Shown in pieces: positions 9,583 through 18,300 of a DNA stretch of 25,869 bases. Below the pieces are notes generated by a model. The model did no database searches, was not told the DNA's origin, and saw only the letters and a program-made list of their open reading frames with translations. Every line of letters begins with the position of its first letter. Positions within the stretch are counted from its first letter, which is position 1. The stretch lies in IMG/VR virus record IMGVR_UViG_3300031938_000027, positions 1 to 25,869 of that record; one strand, 5' to 3'. A program made the translations under genes and the position numbers. The DNA comes from a virus (lineage: Duplodnaviria; Caudoviricetes).

Positions 9583-11316
9583 TCAGCGGATTCGCTTCGG
9601 TAGGTACACCTCTTGCGCCCGCGGCTTAACGCCTTGCGCAACTGCCTCGCTCGCCGCTTCGTAGGCCAGCACAGCCGCCATCGCGGCGTCAATTTTTCGG
9701 GGCGAATGCGGGTGCTCCTTGCGGATCTGCACCCCGGCCCGGCCGACAGCGCGCCGAGCGTTGCCGATATGCCGGGTCAGACCCAGCGCCATCCGTTGCT
9801 CGTTCGTGCCGTCGCCGCGGTCCTCCGGCGGCGTGAACCCGATCCGGCCGGCGCGCACCGCCTCGTAGAAGCGCTGCAACGCGGCGACCATCGCGGTGGG
9901 CCGGTTGGTCCACCACTCGATCGGCTTCTTGACGCTGGCCTTGACCTTCATCTTCTCCGCGTACTCGCGGTGCCAGCGGTCCAGCTCGTCGCGCCAGTGC
10001 GCGGGGTCGGCGTAGAACCCGACGACCTCGAAGTGCCGCATCGCGTTGGCGACCGCGGCGTCCACCGCGGACCGGTCGACTTCCCATTCGGTGCCGCCGG
10101 CACCCTCGGGCTTCTCCCACAGGCCGAGCAGCTCCAGGTGCCCATCGGCGACGCGGCACGCCACGAGCGCCGTCGCGTCGTCGCGGACGGAGCCGTCCAG
10201 GCCGAGCGTGACCATGTCGCGGCGCTTGAGCCCGGACCCGGGCCGCCGGCACCCCTCCCACTCGTGTTCCTGAATCCAGGCGTCCGAGCTGGAGGTGCGG
10301 GCGTTCAAGAAGTATCGACGCGAGTCACTCTCAGTGTTGCGAAGATCATAAAATTCATCGATGAGGCCATCGATGTCGATCCACTCAACAGCGTCGCCGT
10401 ACGCCTCGATCAGCGCCGCACGCAGCGCATCCTCGTCGGCGGTGTCCTTGCACTCGCCATACCTGTGGTCGTACATGAGGCGGTGCCGGCCGCGTTTCTT
10501 GCGGCCCTCGCGGAGCGCCTCCGCCTCCTCGTAGGTGGCCTTCGCCATCGAGTCCTCAGACGGGTCGAACATCGTCGTGGACTCGTAAAACCAGGTACCG
10601 GAGCCCTTCTTCCGCTTGCGCATGTTCCGCGTGATGGTGCGGTACATGCGCCGCAGCTCGGGGGTTGTATAGAGGTGCGTCTCATCGAGGACGCAGAACG
10701 TCTCCTTGCCGCCGTCCTTCGCCGAGCTGGAAGCGGTCGACACCCGGATGTCGCCGCCGCCCGGCAGCAGGATCTTGTCGACGCCGGCGTCGACGCCGGG
10801 CACGAACGACAGCGGCGGCTCGTACTCCTCGTCCGTCAGGTTGAAGTGGATGGTGGCGAACACGTTGCTCGCCGCCTGGTTCTCCTCCGTCGCCAAGCAC
10901 CGGATCATCGGCGCTGTCACCGGCCGGCCCATCGGCTCGCCCGGCTCGTAGACGTAGACGAATCCCAGACCCCACGGGTCGCGGAAGACCTCACCGCCCT
11001 TGGCCCATTGCCCGGTGAACCGGGCAGGGCCGAGAGCCTCGAACAGCGCGAGCCTGGCGCCCAGGCCGCTCTTGTCGCAGCCCTTCGGTCGGCTCAGAAA
11101 CGCGCTGTCGTACAGCATGTGGTTGTTCGACGGGTGCTCGCCGATCATGTAGCAGTCGACGATGAACCCGCTGTACTCCTCGCCGTGCGTGACCGGTTGG
11201 CCCTGCACGTCGCCTGGCCCATGCCGGACGAAGTGCTCCATCCATGCCAGCGCCAGCCACCCCAAGCTGCGGTTTCGGTCTTCGTCCCGGTGTGCACGTA
11301 CCAGCGTCCGTGGCAT
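9583..11316 (-). CDS. terL: Terminase large subunit
   Basis: Walker A SRPKGCDKS, Walker B VLDETH, nuclease LGLDGS..DDATAL, C-terminal KIDAAMAAVLA. Confidence 0.95.
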   Translation of the reverse strand: MPRTLVRAHRDEDRNRSLGWLALAWMEHFVRHGPGDVQGQPVTHGEEYSGFIVDCYMIGEHPSNNHMLYDSAFLSRPKGCDKSGLGARLALFEALGPARFTGQWAKGGEVFRDPWGLGFVYVYEPGEPMGRPVTAPMIRCLATEENQAASNVFATIHFNLTDEEYEPPLSFVPGVDAGVDKILLPGGGDIRVSTASSSAKDGGKETFCVLDETHLYTTPELRRMYRTITRNMRKRKKGSGTWFYESTTMFDPSEDSMAKATYEEAEALREGRKKRGRHRLMYDHRYGECKDTADEDALRAALIEAYGDAVEWIDIDGLIDEFYDLRNTESDSRRYFLNARTSSSDAWIQEHEWEGCRRPGSGLKRRDMVTLGLDGSVRDDATALVACRVADGHLELLGLWEKPEGAGGTEWEVDRSAVDAAVANAMRHFEVVGFYADPAHWRDELDRWHREYAEKMKVKASVKKPIEWWTNRPTAMVAALQRFYEAVRAGRIGFTPPEDRGDGTNEQRMALGLTRHIGNARRAVGRAGVQIRKEHPHSPRKIDAAMAAVLAYEAASEAVAQGVKPRAQEVYLPKRIR

Positions 11317-11341
11317 CGCTGCACCACCCGGCTACGGGTGG

Positions 11342-11848
11342 TCAGGCCGGTCGAGTCAGGCGCCGACGCCGGTCAGCGATCGGAGTCACCGACGCGCCGC
11401 CGCTGCTGCCGGCCAGGGCCACCTCGGTGACCTCGACCTCCAACTCCGGCTCGTCTTCCTCCTCGATCGAGGCAGGGTCAGCGACGTACCGGATGCGCAG
11501 CTTCCGCAGCGCCTCCAGCGTCGTGCCCATCTGGTCCTCGCGGCGGCGGATCTCGACGGCCATCGTGGTCGTCGCTTCACCCTGCTCGGCGAGCTTCCAG
11601 TAGGCGTTCTTCATGAACGCGGTCTCCAGCGCGAACGTCCAGTCGACCGCGCGCCACAGCACGCAGTGCGGCATCTCCCGGACCTGCTCCCACCACTGCT
11701 CGACCATCTGGTGCCACCGCTCACGGCGGGGCAGCTTCGGCAGGTCGGGGGACGGGCCGCTGTACGGCGTGTCCACCACGTCGGTCCAGTCGGCGTTCTG
11801 GGTGCGGCCGTGCTTGACCGTCTTGGCGGCGGGGCCTCGGTGTGCCAT
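11342..11848 (-). CDS. terS: Terminase small subunit
   Basis: Immediately upstream of terL; WW..V..MPHCVLW..VDW.FALETA...EIRRREDQMGTT..ALRKLRIRY; start ATG 11848 after GGGAG. Confidence 0.85.
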   Translation of the reverse strand: MAHRGPAAKTVKHGRTQNADWTDVVDTPYSGPSPDLPKLPRRERWHQMVEQWWEQVREMPHCVLWRAVDWTFALETAFMKNAYWKLAEQGEATTTMAVEIRRREDQMGTTLEALRKLRIRYVADPASIEEEDEPELEVEVTEVALAGSSGGASVTPIADRRRRLTRPA

Positions 11849-11936
11849 CGGAATCACTCCCATGTCGGGATGCAGCAGCACGCCCAGCCCCTGTCGGGCC
11901 GGGCGCAGGTGAACAGGTCAAGGGGGAGTGGGCCAG

Positions 11937-12239
11937 CTACAGGGTGGCGGCCTGGGCGGAGTCGGCGCCGGCGTGCGGGTCGAGCTGCACACTGCGCAGC
12001 TCGTCGGCCATCGCCGGGTCGTGGTCGGCAACCGCCTCGGCGAACCCGGCCCGGACCGCATCGGTGACCATGCGGGTGATCTCGGCGGACGCAGCGCGGA
12101 GCGACTCAGCGTCCACGACCAGGACGACGGGAAGCTGTACCGGCGGCATCTGTACCGGCGGCAGCAGCACCACCGGGGCGGGCTGCTCCGGCTCGACCCG
12201 ACGGCCGAACGACTGGACGGGTGTGGGTGCGGATCGCAT
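11937..12239 (-). CDS. Hypothetical protein (100 aa)
   Basis: GAGAGG RBS; short internal PPVQ duplication. Confidence 0.6.
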   Translation of the reverse strand: MRSAPTPVQSFGRRVEPEQPAPVVLLPPVQMPPVQLPVVLVVDAESLRAASAEITRMVTDAVRAGFAEAVADHDPAMADELRSVQLDPHAGADSAQAATL

Positions 12240-12259
12240 GGTGGACGCCGCCTCTCAGG

Positions 12260-12490
12260 TCAGGGCTGCTCGCCGACCGACTCGTACCGTTCACGGCCGT
12301 CAAGCGAATGGTGGACGTAGAGCCAGCCGAACGACCCGTCCGGCCGCGGCGCGGGCTCAACGCGCGGCCCACACGGACACCGGTCCTCGCCGTCGATGTC
12401 GTGCTCGATCAGGTCGGCAAGCGGGTGGACAATTACGGTGCCAAACGTCAGGCCCTCGATGCGCTCCCAGCCGGCGGTCACCGTGCTCAC
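12260..12490 (-). CDS. Small His/Cys protein (VHP..D.IEH....CPCGP...PDG...VHHSLDGRE)
   Basis: GTG start overlapping upstream TGA; motif seen in small actinophage proteins and in 4854-5048. Confidence 0.7.
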   Translation of the reverse strand: MSTVTAGWERIEGLTFGTVIVHPLADLIEHDIDGEDRCPCGPRVEPAPRPDGSFGWLYVHHSLDGRERYESVGEQP

Positions 12491-12780
12491 TCCGGGTCCA
12501 GCCAGACGAGGCGGGTCGCGCCGCCGTGCCCGTGCACAGCCTCCACGGACTCCGCGGAGGGCCACAGCACTGTCGACCGGTGCCGGCCGCGCCACACCAG
12601 CCGCACCCAGCCGGCCGGAAGTTGGAGCAGCGTCCCGTCCGGCCAGGTGATGAGGCATCCGCGCGGATACTGGACCCCATCTGCGACAACACCAGATCCG
12701 GACACCCCAGACACGTCGGTGTCCCGGTGCAACTCGAACCGCCGAACCCCGCCCATGACACCCCCAATGACCTGCGACAA
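12487..12780 (-). CDS. Conserved actinophage hypothetical protein
   Basis: RRFELHRDTDVSGVSGSGVVADGV...VEAVHGHGGATRLVW, a motif recurring in actinomycete phages; start uncertain. Confidence 0.75.
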   Translation of the reverse strand: MSQVIGGVMGGVRRFELHRDTDVSGVSGSGVVADGVQYPRGCLITWPDGTLLQLPAGWVRLVWRGRHRSTVLWPSAESVEAVHGHGGATRLVWLDPE

Positions 12781-12880
12781 CGCCCTGAGATGCCCCGTGT
12801 GGGCTGTTCCCGCGCGTGGTTACTGGGACATGGACAGCGTCGCGTTCGCCGCTCTGCGTGGACGGTTCAGCGACCGATCA

Positions 12881-13207
12881 TCAGCCGATGATCTCGGCCG
12901 TGACGCTGGGCGTCGCCGAGAACGTCACCGTGATCTGCTTGTTCGACCCGACGAACGCGCTGGTGAGCTTCCACCTGCGGCGCGCACCCGCGGCGACCGC
13001 CGCCGGCGGCTCGGTGCCGGTGTTGCCCGCGGGCGTCTTCCCCGGGTCCGTGAACGTGACGTTGATGCTGCCCCCAGAGCCGTTCGTGACTTCCAGGATC
13101 TTGCCGACGTTCGCGCGGTGGATCAGCTCGGTCGCTCCGACCGCGGCGGGAGCGGCCAGAGACCCAGCGCCTCCGGCGACGTCGGTGGTGGTGACGGGAA
13201 TCGCCAC
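12881..13207 (-). CDS. Small beta-rich protein, possible virion accessory protein
   Basis: GAGGAGGG RBS before GTG 13207; ILEVTNGSGGSINVTF. Confidence 0.7.
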   Translation of the reverse strand: MAIPVTTTDVAGGAGSLAAPAAVGATELIHRANVGKILEVTNGSGGSINVTFTDPGKTPAGNTGTEPPAAVAAGARRRWKLTSAFVGSNKQITVTFSATPSVTAEIIG

Positions 13208-13239
13208 GGTGCCCTCCTCGGGTATGACCGGCGCCGCGC

Positions 13240-13548
13240 CTACCGCAGGGCCGGGTGCGTCTCCGGCGGCCGGTTCAGCGGTGGCCGGGCGGCCACGCCT
13301 TCCAGCGCCGACTTCCTTCGGTGGCAGGGCTCGCACGCCGGCTGGAGGTTCTCCAGCGAGTGGTCGTCGCCCCGCCGCTTGTGGTCGACCTGCGTGGCAG
13401 CGCCAACGCACAGGCCCGGGTAGCGCAGCGCGCACACCCGCCCATCCCGGGCGAACACCTGATCACGGACCCCGCCGGGCTTGTCCCAGTCGGCGGGGAG
13501 CCGGGCACGCCGCGTCGAGCCCGCCCACGGCCGGCGCACGCCGGTCAC
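13240..13548 (-). CDS. HNH endonuclease (terminase-associated type)
   Basis: RDGRVC...C...ATQVDHK..GDDHSLENLQPACEPCHRRKS. Confidence 0.9.
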   Translation of the reverse strand: MTGVRRPWAGSTRRARLPADWDKPGGVRDQVFARDGRVCALRYPGLCVGAATQVDHKRRGDDHSLENLQPACEPCHRRKSALEGVAARPPLNRPPETHPALR

Positions 13549-13967
13549 GTTGTGGACTCCCGGTCTTCCAGACCGACCGCGGAGCGCAGCTCGCGGCTGG
13601 CCTGCCGCGTCCGGCCGGCCAGCGCCTCGGCGTCGGACGTTCCGTCACCGGTCGCGGCGAGCAGCTCGGCGAGGCCCTCGGCGAGCGCGTTCAGCTTGTG
13701 CTGCGTCGCCTGGTCGGAGCGGGTGGCCGTGTTCTGGAGGAGTGCCACCAGTAGGAATGTGACGATGGTCGTGGCGGTGTTGATCACCAGTTGCCACGTG
13801 TCGACGTTCCCGAACAGCGGCAGCGACGGCGCCCAAACCAGCACCATCAGCACACATGCCGCGAAGAACGAGGCCCGCGACACCATCCGCGCGGCGACGC
13901 CGGCGAATCGGTCGAACCAGCCGACGCGCGCGGACACCTCGCTCGGCATCCGCTCCCGGCTGCTCAT
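13545..13967 (-). CDS. Low-affinity iron permease (Fet4-like) family membrane protein
   Basis: FDRFA..AARMVSR..FF..CVLMVLVW.P....DTWQLVINTATTIVTFLLVALLQNT..RSDQA.QHKLN signature. Confidence 0.82.
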   Translation of the reverse strand: MSSRERMPSEVSARVGWFDRFAGVAARMVSRASFFAACVLMVLVWAPSLPLFGNVDTWQLVINTATTIVTFLLVALLQNTATRSDQATQHKLNALAEGLAELLAATGDGTSDAEALAGRTRQASRELRSAVGLEDRESTT

Positions 13968-14233
13968 CAGCCGCGGTGCCCGCGGTCGCCGGGGCCGTTG
14001 TTCGCCGAGCCCGTGGCGCGCTGCTCAAGATTCGTGCACAGGCCGTGGATCTCGTGGTCCGGCAGCGGCGGGCGGCCGTCCTTCGTGATCGCTTCCTGGA
14101 TGAGGCGGACGCAGCGGGTGTGGTCGCCCGGCGTCTTCCATTTGATCTTGGCTGCGCCCTCACCGTGCGCCCAGTAGTCCATGAGCCGCTGAGTGGCTCC
14201 CGGATGCTGAAGCTGCCCACCTGTGCTGACCAT
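13967..14233 (-). CDS. Conserved actinophage small protein (YW..GEGAAKI.W..PGD..RCV...GLC.NL domain)
   Basis: GGGAGG RBS before ATG 14233; recognisable actinophage domain of unknown function. Confidence 0.72.
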   Translation of the reverse strand: MVSTGGQLQHPGATQRLMDYWAHGEGAAKIKWKTPGDHTRCVRLIQEAITKDGRPPLPDHEIHGLCTNLEQRATGSANNGPGDRGHRG

Positions 14234-14309
14234 GACGCCCCCTCCCGGGAACACGACGACATGCCCGCGATGCGCACGCGGGGAAGAAGAACGAAAGGCC
14301 GACAGAAGG

Positions 14310-14639
14310 TCAGCCGGCAGCGGCCATCAACTCAGCCGGCGCGACGACCAGCACCGCGGCCGGCCGGCCCGAGCGCGTCGGCCGGCGCACGCCGGCGGTG
14401 ACCAGCTCACCGCCGGCCTTGGCCTCGGTCGCTCGCGCGCTCACCGTCTGGTGCGACAGGCCCAACGCCAGCTCGATCTCGTCCACGGTCGCGCCGTGCT
14501 CACCGCACGACCGGACGTACTCGACTACCCGGGCACGCATCGCGGCCTTGGTCGGCACGATGCTCGCGTGCGCGGCCATGCTCTCCGCGTTCCCGCCGTG
14601 GAAGTTGCGAGTGATGTCGGGACTCTCCACCGTCGACAC
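14310..14639 (-). CDS. Winged helix-turn-helix DNA-binding protein
   Basis: GATVDEIELALGLSHQTVSARATEAK..G.L...G.RRPTRSGRPAAV. Confidence 0.78.
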   Translation of the reverse strand: MSTVESPDITRNFHGGNAESMAAHASIVPTKAAMRARVVEYVRSCGEHGATVDEIELALGLSHQTVSARATEAKAGGELVTAGVRRPTRSGRPAAVLVVAPAELMAAAG

Positions 14640-14823
14640 CCCCTCGAAGGCAGGTGCGCGCTGGCGCCGGATACGAAGAAAGGTGGCCTGCCGCCCCTCC
14701 GGGCAGAGACCACCAACGTGACCATGATGCCTGGCCTAGCCCGTTTTGGGTGGCCGATCCGCATTTGACACGCCAGAAACTTCAGGGCCAGCAGTTCCGT
14801 AACCCGTACGCAGAGCGAGGACC

Positions 14824-14834
14824 AGAACGTACCG
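14824..14834 (-). other. Candidate cos site (11-nt 3' overhang CGGTACGTTCT)
   Basis: Sits at divergence point of the two arms, preceded on minus strand by GGGGACCCCCCCCGGGG tract and followed by GTACGGGTT; resembles actinophage end sequences as recalled, not verified. Confidence 0.5.
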
Positions 14835-15153
14835 GTGCGCCGTGCGCGCCCCCGGGGGGGGTCCCCGCCCACCCCCGGGCGCGCGCGAAAAAACCGCGCC
14901 CGGCCGCGCGTCGTGTGGGCGCGGCGTGCGTGGGCGCGTATGCGCGACGCGTGGGGGTGGGCGCGTTTGCGCAGGTGGGCGGGGGTGCGTGACGCGGGCG
15001 CGCGTGTGTCGGCTCCGCCGTTCGGCCTAGTGGTGGTCAGCCGTTCGGCTGATTCTGGGGTGAGGGGGCTTGACAAGGCCCGCCTCCCTAGTGCCAACTG
15101 AGACCGCACAGCAACCCCGCCCCACCACATGGGGCACGACGCAGGGAGCGGAC

Positions 15154-15351
15154 ATGATCACACTGGCACTGGTGGGGGCACTGGCCATCCTGGCAGCACT
15201 GATGATCCACACCGTGCGGCGCAGGGCCACCGTGCAGCGCAGGGCAGCCGGCCACGCCGTGATCCACTCCGCTCCCATCGCTGACCCTGCCTGCCCAGAC
15301 CCGGACATGGGCGCTCTCTCGTGGCTCATTTGGGACGGACTTGACCGCTGA
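15154..15351 (+). CDS. Small membrane protein (65 aa)
   Basis: GGGAG RBS, MITLALVGALAILAALMI hydrophobic helix followed by basic residues; TTGACA at 15070 upstream. Confidence 0.55.
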   Translation: MITLALVGALAILAALMIHTVRRRATVQRRAAGHAVIHSAPIADPACPDPDMGALSWLIWDGLDR

Positions 15352-15364
15352 CCCTGCCTGCCCA
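15279..15364 (+). repeat. 19-bp direct repeat CGCTGACCCTGCCTGCCCA
   Basis: Copies at 15279-15297 and 15346-15364. Confidence 0.8.
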
Positions 15365-15394
15365 CCCGTTCCCCGTATCAGGAAGGCGCCCACC

Positions 15395-18300
15395 ATGAAC
15401 GCCAACAGCACCCCCACCCCCCGCATCGGCGACGTGATCCTCATCCCCGCCGGCGCTTGCCCCGAGTACCGCGCCGCGTTCCGTCTCCGCGTCTCGGAGA
15501 TCCTCACCCGGGCCGGTCGCGGCACCCTTGACCGGCCGATCGTGGGCGGAACCGTGGTCAACGCCAACGGGCAAGACCGCATGCTCAAGGGCACCCCGGT
15601 CGAGCGCGCTTGCACGGTCGACCTGGGCGCGGTGACCGTGGTCACCCCCGCCCCCGCGACCGACGCGGAGATTCGCGCGGCCTACGCCGATCATGCGGCA
15701 CGCGAGATTGAGCGCACCCGGTGCGCTCACGCACCCGATGCCCTGGGCTGCACGCACGTGCACTGTGTCGGCGTGCCACCGGTCGATGCCGCGACGTCGG
15801 TCGAGCCGGAAGCGTCGGACGTTGCGACCCCCGCGGAGTACGGCACGCAAACGCTCGCACGGACGTTGCGTGACACGCTCCGCGCGTATCCCACGATCAC
15901 GGATGCGTCCATGCCGCGGGTCACGACTACGGGTGAGGGCAACGGCCGTACGCGTCCGTTCACTGTGGCTACCTCCCAGGTCGACGGACACGCCGTGAAC
16001 GTGATCATGTGGGAGGGTCCGCGCTGCGCGCCGATGACCGCGGTCATGATCGATGGCGTACTGATCAACGCCGATGTTACCGGCGGACGTGCCATGCGCA
16101 ACGATGAGCGCACGAACATGATCGTTTGGCGGGTAGCGGACGCGCTCCGCGACACGGCCACGGTCGAGCCTGCCGATACGTGTTGCGCGCAGTGTGGAAG
16201 CCCGGCGAGTAGCAACCGTCACCATGTGGCGCGCCCAGCAGGGCACCCGTTTGTCGCCGAGGGTGAGGCCACCATGTCCGCCACCGTCGCCCAGGTCGAG
16301 CCGGCCACGGTCACGCTTGCCGATCCGGCCGCGCGTGCGCTCGCCACCATGACCGCGCTTACAGCCGATGTCGTGCACGTGGGATGCCTGCACGGTCTGA
16401 AGGGTGCGCCCGGGTGTCACGTGACCGGGTGTGACATGCCGATCCGGCCGGCACTGGTCACGTGCCCCGAGTGTCTCGCGTGGCTTGCCGGCGAGTCCGG
16501 CCGCGCGTGGGCCGGACGTTGGGCTGGCAACTTTGCCCGTATCGCGCAGAGCGGATACGGGTGCGCCGGGTTTACCCCCCGCGACGGGTGGCCGCACACG
16601 TGCGCCGGGTGCCTCCGTCCCGACGTCGCGCACACCCCCGCACTGTCCGCCTACCCGCACAACCTGGGCGCCGATGCGCCCGTAACCGAGAGTGAGGCCA
16701 CCATGTCCGCCACCGTTCCCGCCACCGTCGCCCAGGTCGAGCCGGCCGCCGTGCCCGTGGTCGACGCGGCCCCCGATGTGCTTGCGGCGTTGCTCGCGGG
16801 TGAGCCGATCCCCGCGGACGCGCTTACCCCGGTCGAGCCGGCCCGGCTGTCTGTGACGGTCGACCGCGACACGCTCGCGGACGCGCTCACACTGGCCGCG
16901 TGGTCCGCCCCGCGTCGCCCGTCCGTGCCCGTCCTGTCGGGCGTGATGATCACGGCCGACGCGGATGCCGGCACGGTCACGTTCGGGTCGTTCGATTACG
17001 AGGTTTTCTCGATCAACGCGCTTCCCGCGACCGTGACCGCGGCCGGCCGCGTGTTGGTCGATGTCAAGGCACTCCGCGACATGGTCAAGACGTTCCCTAA
17101 GGTCAAGCGACTGACGGCCGCCCAGGTCCGTAAGGGTGTGACCCTGCCGGCCGGTGCGGGCATGGTCACACTCACGGACACGGGAAGCGCGGTCACGGTC
17201 GAGTACGGCGCGGCCCGTGCGTCCCTGCCGACCCTGCCCGCGGAGGATTACCCGGCGATCATGCTCGGTACCGCGACCCCCGCAACCGTCGCCCAGGTCG
17301 ACGCGGACATTCTGGCCGCGACCGTGGCCCGGGTGACCGTGGCCGCGGGTAAAGACGACACGCTGCCAATGCTCACGGGCGTGCAGCTCACGACGGACGC
17401 GGACGGACTCCGCGCCCACTTGGCAGCAACCGACCGGTACCGTCTCGCGGTCGACGCGACCCGTTGGGTGCCGGTCGTGCCGGACGGGGCAGAGCCGCGC
17501 GAGCACATCATGCCCGCGCTCATCCCCGCCGCGACGCTCGCCTACGCCGCAAAGTGGTTCGGCCGTACCGCGGGCGTGGTCACGGTCGGCATGACGTACG
17601 GCACCCGGTCGACCATGACGGGCAGTGGTAAGACCGCTAAAACGGTCGTGACGACGTACGCCGATTCGATCACGCTGACGTGCGGCCCGGTCACGATCGG
17701 CACCCGCACCCTTGACGGGGAGTTTCCCGCGGTACGCGCGTTGCTCCCGGACACGTACGCCGGTACCGCCCAGGTCGACGCGCACGCACTGGCCGATGTC
17801 GTCGCACGGGTCGGCATGGTCGCGGCGCGTTCAACGCCGGTTCGGCTCACGTGGTCGGCCGACGCGGTCACCGTGGCCGCGACCGGTGACGGTGACGCGA
17901 CCGCATCGGAGACCATGCCCGCGTCCGCGGACGTCGCGGACGGGTTCACGATGGGCCTTAACCACGCGTTTCTGATTGACGGACTCCGCGCGTTCTCCAA
18001 AGGTGCGGCCGTCCGGTTCGGGTTCGTGTCCGCGTCAAAGCCGGCCGTCATCGAATCGGCCGACACGGACGGGCCGGACGCGTTCCGCTATCTGATCATG
18101 CCGGTTCGTATCGGCGGGGGTAGTGAGTCGGCCGCCCCGTCTACCCCGGTCGGTCACCGGTCGGTTGCGGTCGAGCCGGCCCCCGTGGTCGAGCCGGTCG
18201 TCCAGGTCGAGCCGGTCGCGGACGTGACTCCGGTCGAGCCGGCCGCCCCGGCCGCCCCGGTCGAGCCCGTCGCCCAGGTCGAGCCCGTCGCGGCCCCCGT

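Noticed and set aside
9460-9600. Possible c-di-AMP (ydaO) riboswitch before NlpC/P60 (GACACCTAACCCGG on minus strand)
   Set aside because: Only a fragment resembles the 3' consensus; other conserved elements not seen; an Infernal search would settle it
14525-15130. ORFs across the divergent region
   Set aside because: Low-complexity Arg/Ala translations without RBS; region better explained as non-coding genome-end sequence
17600-17645. TGSGKT as a Walker A motif in the clamp protein
   Set aside because: Lies in a loop insertion of the clamp fold with no P-loop NTPase context
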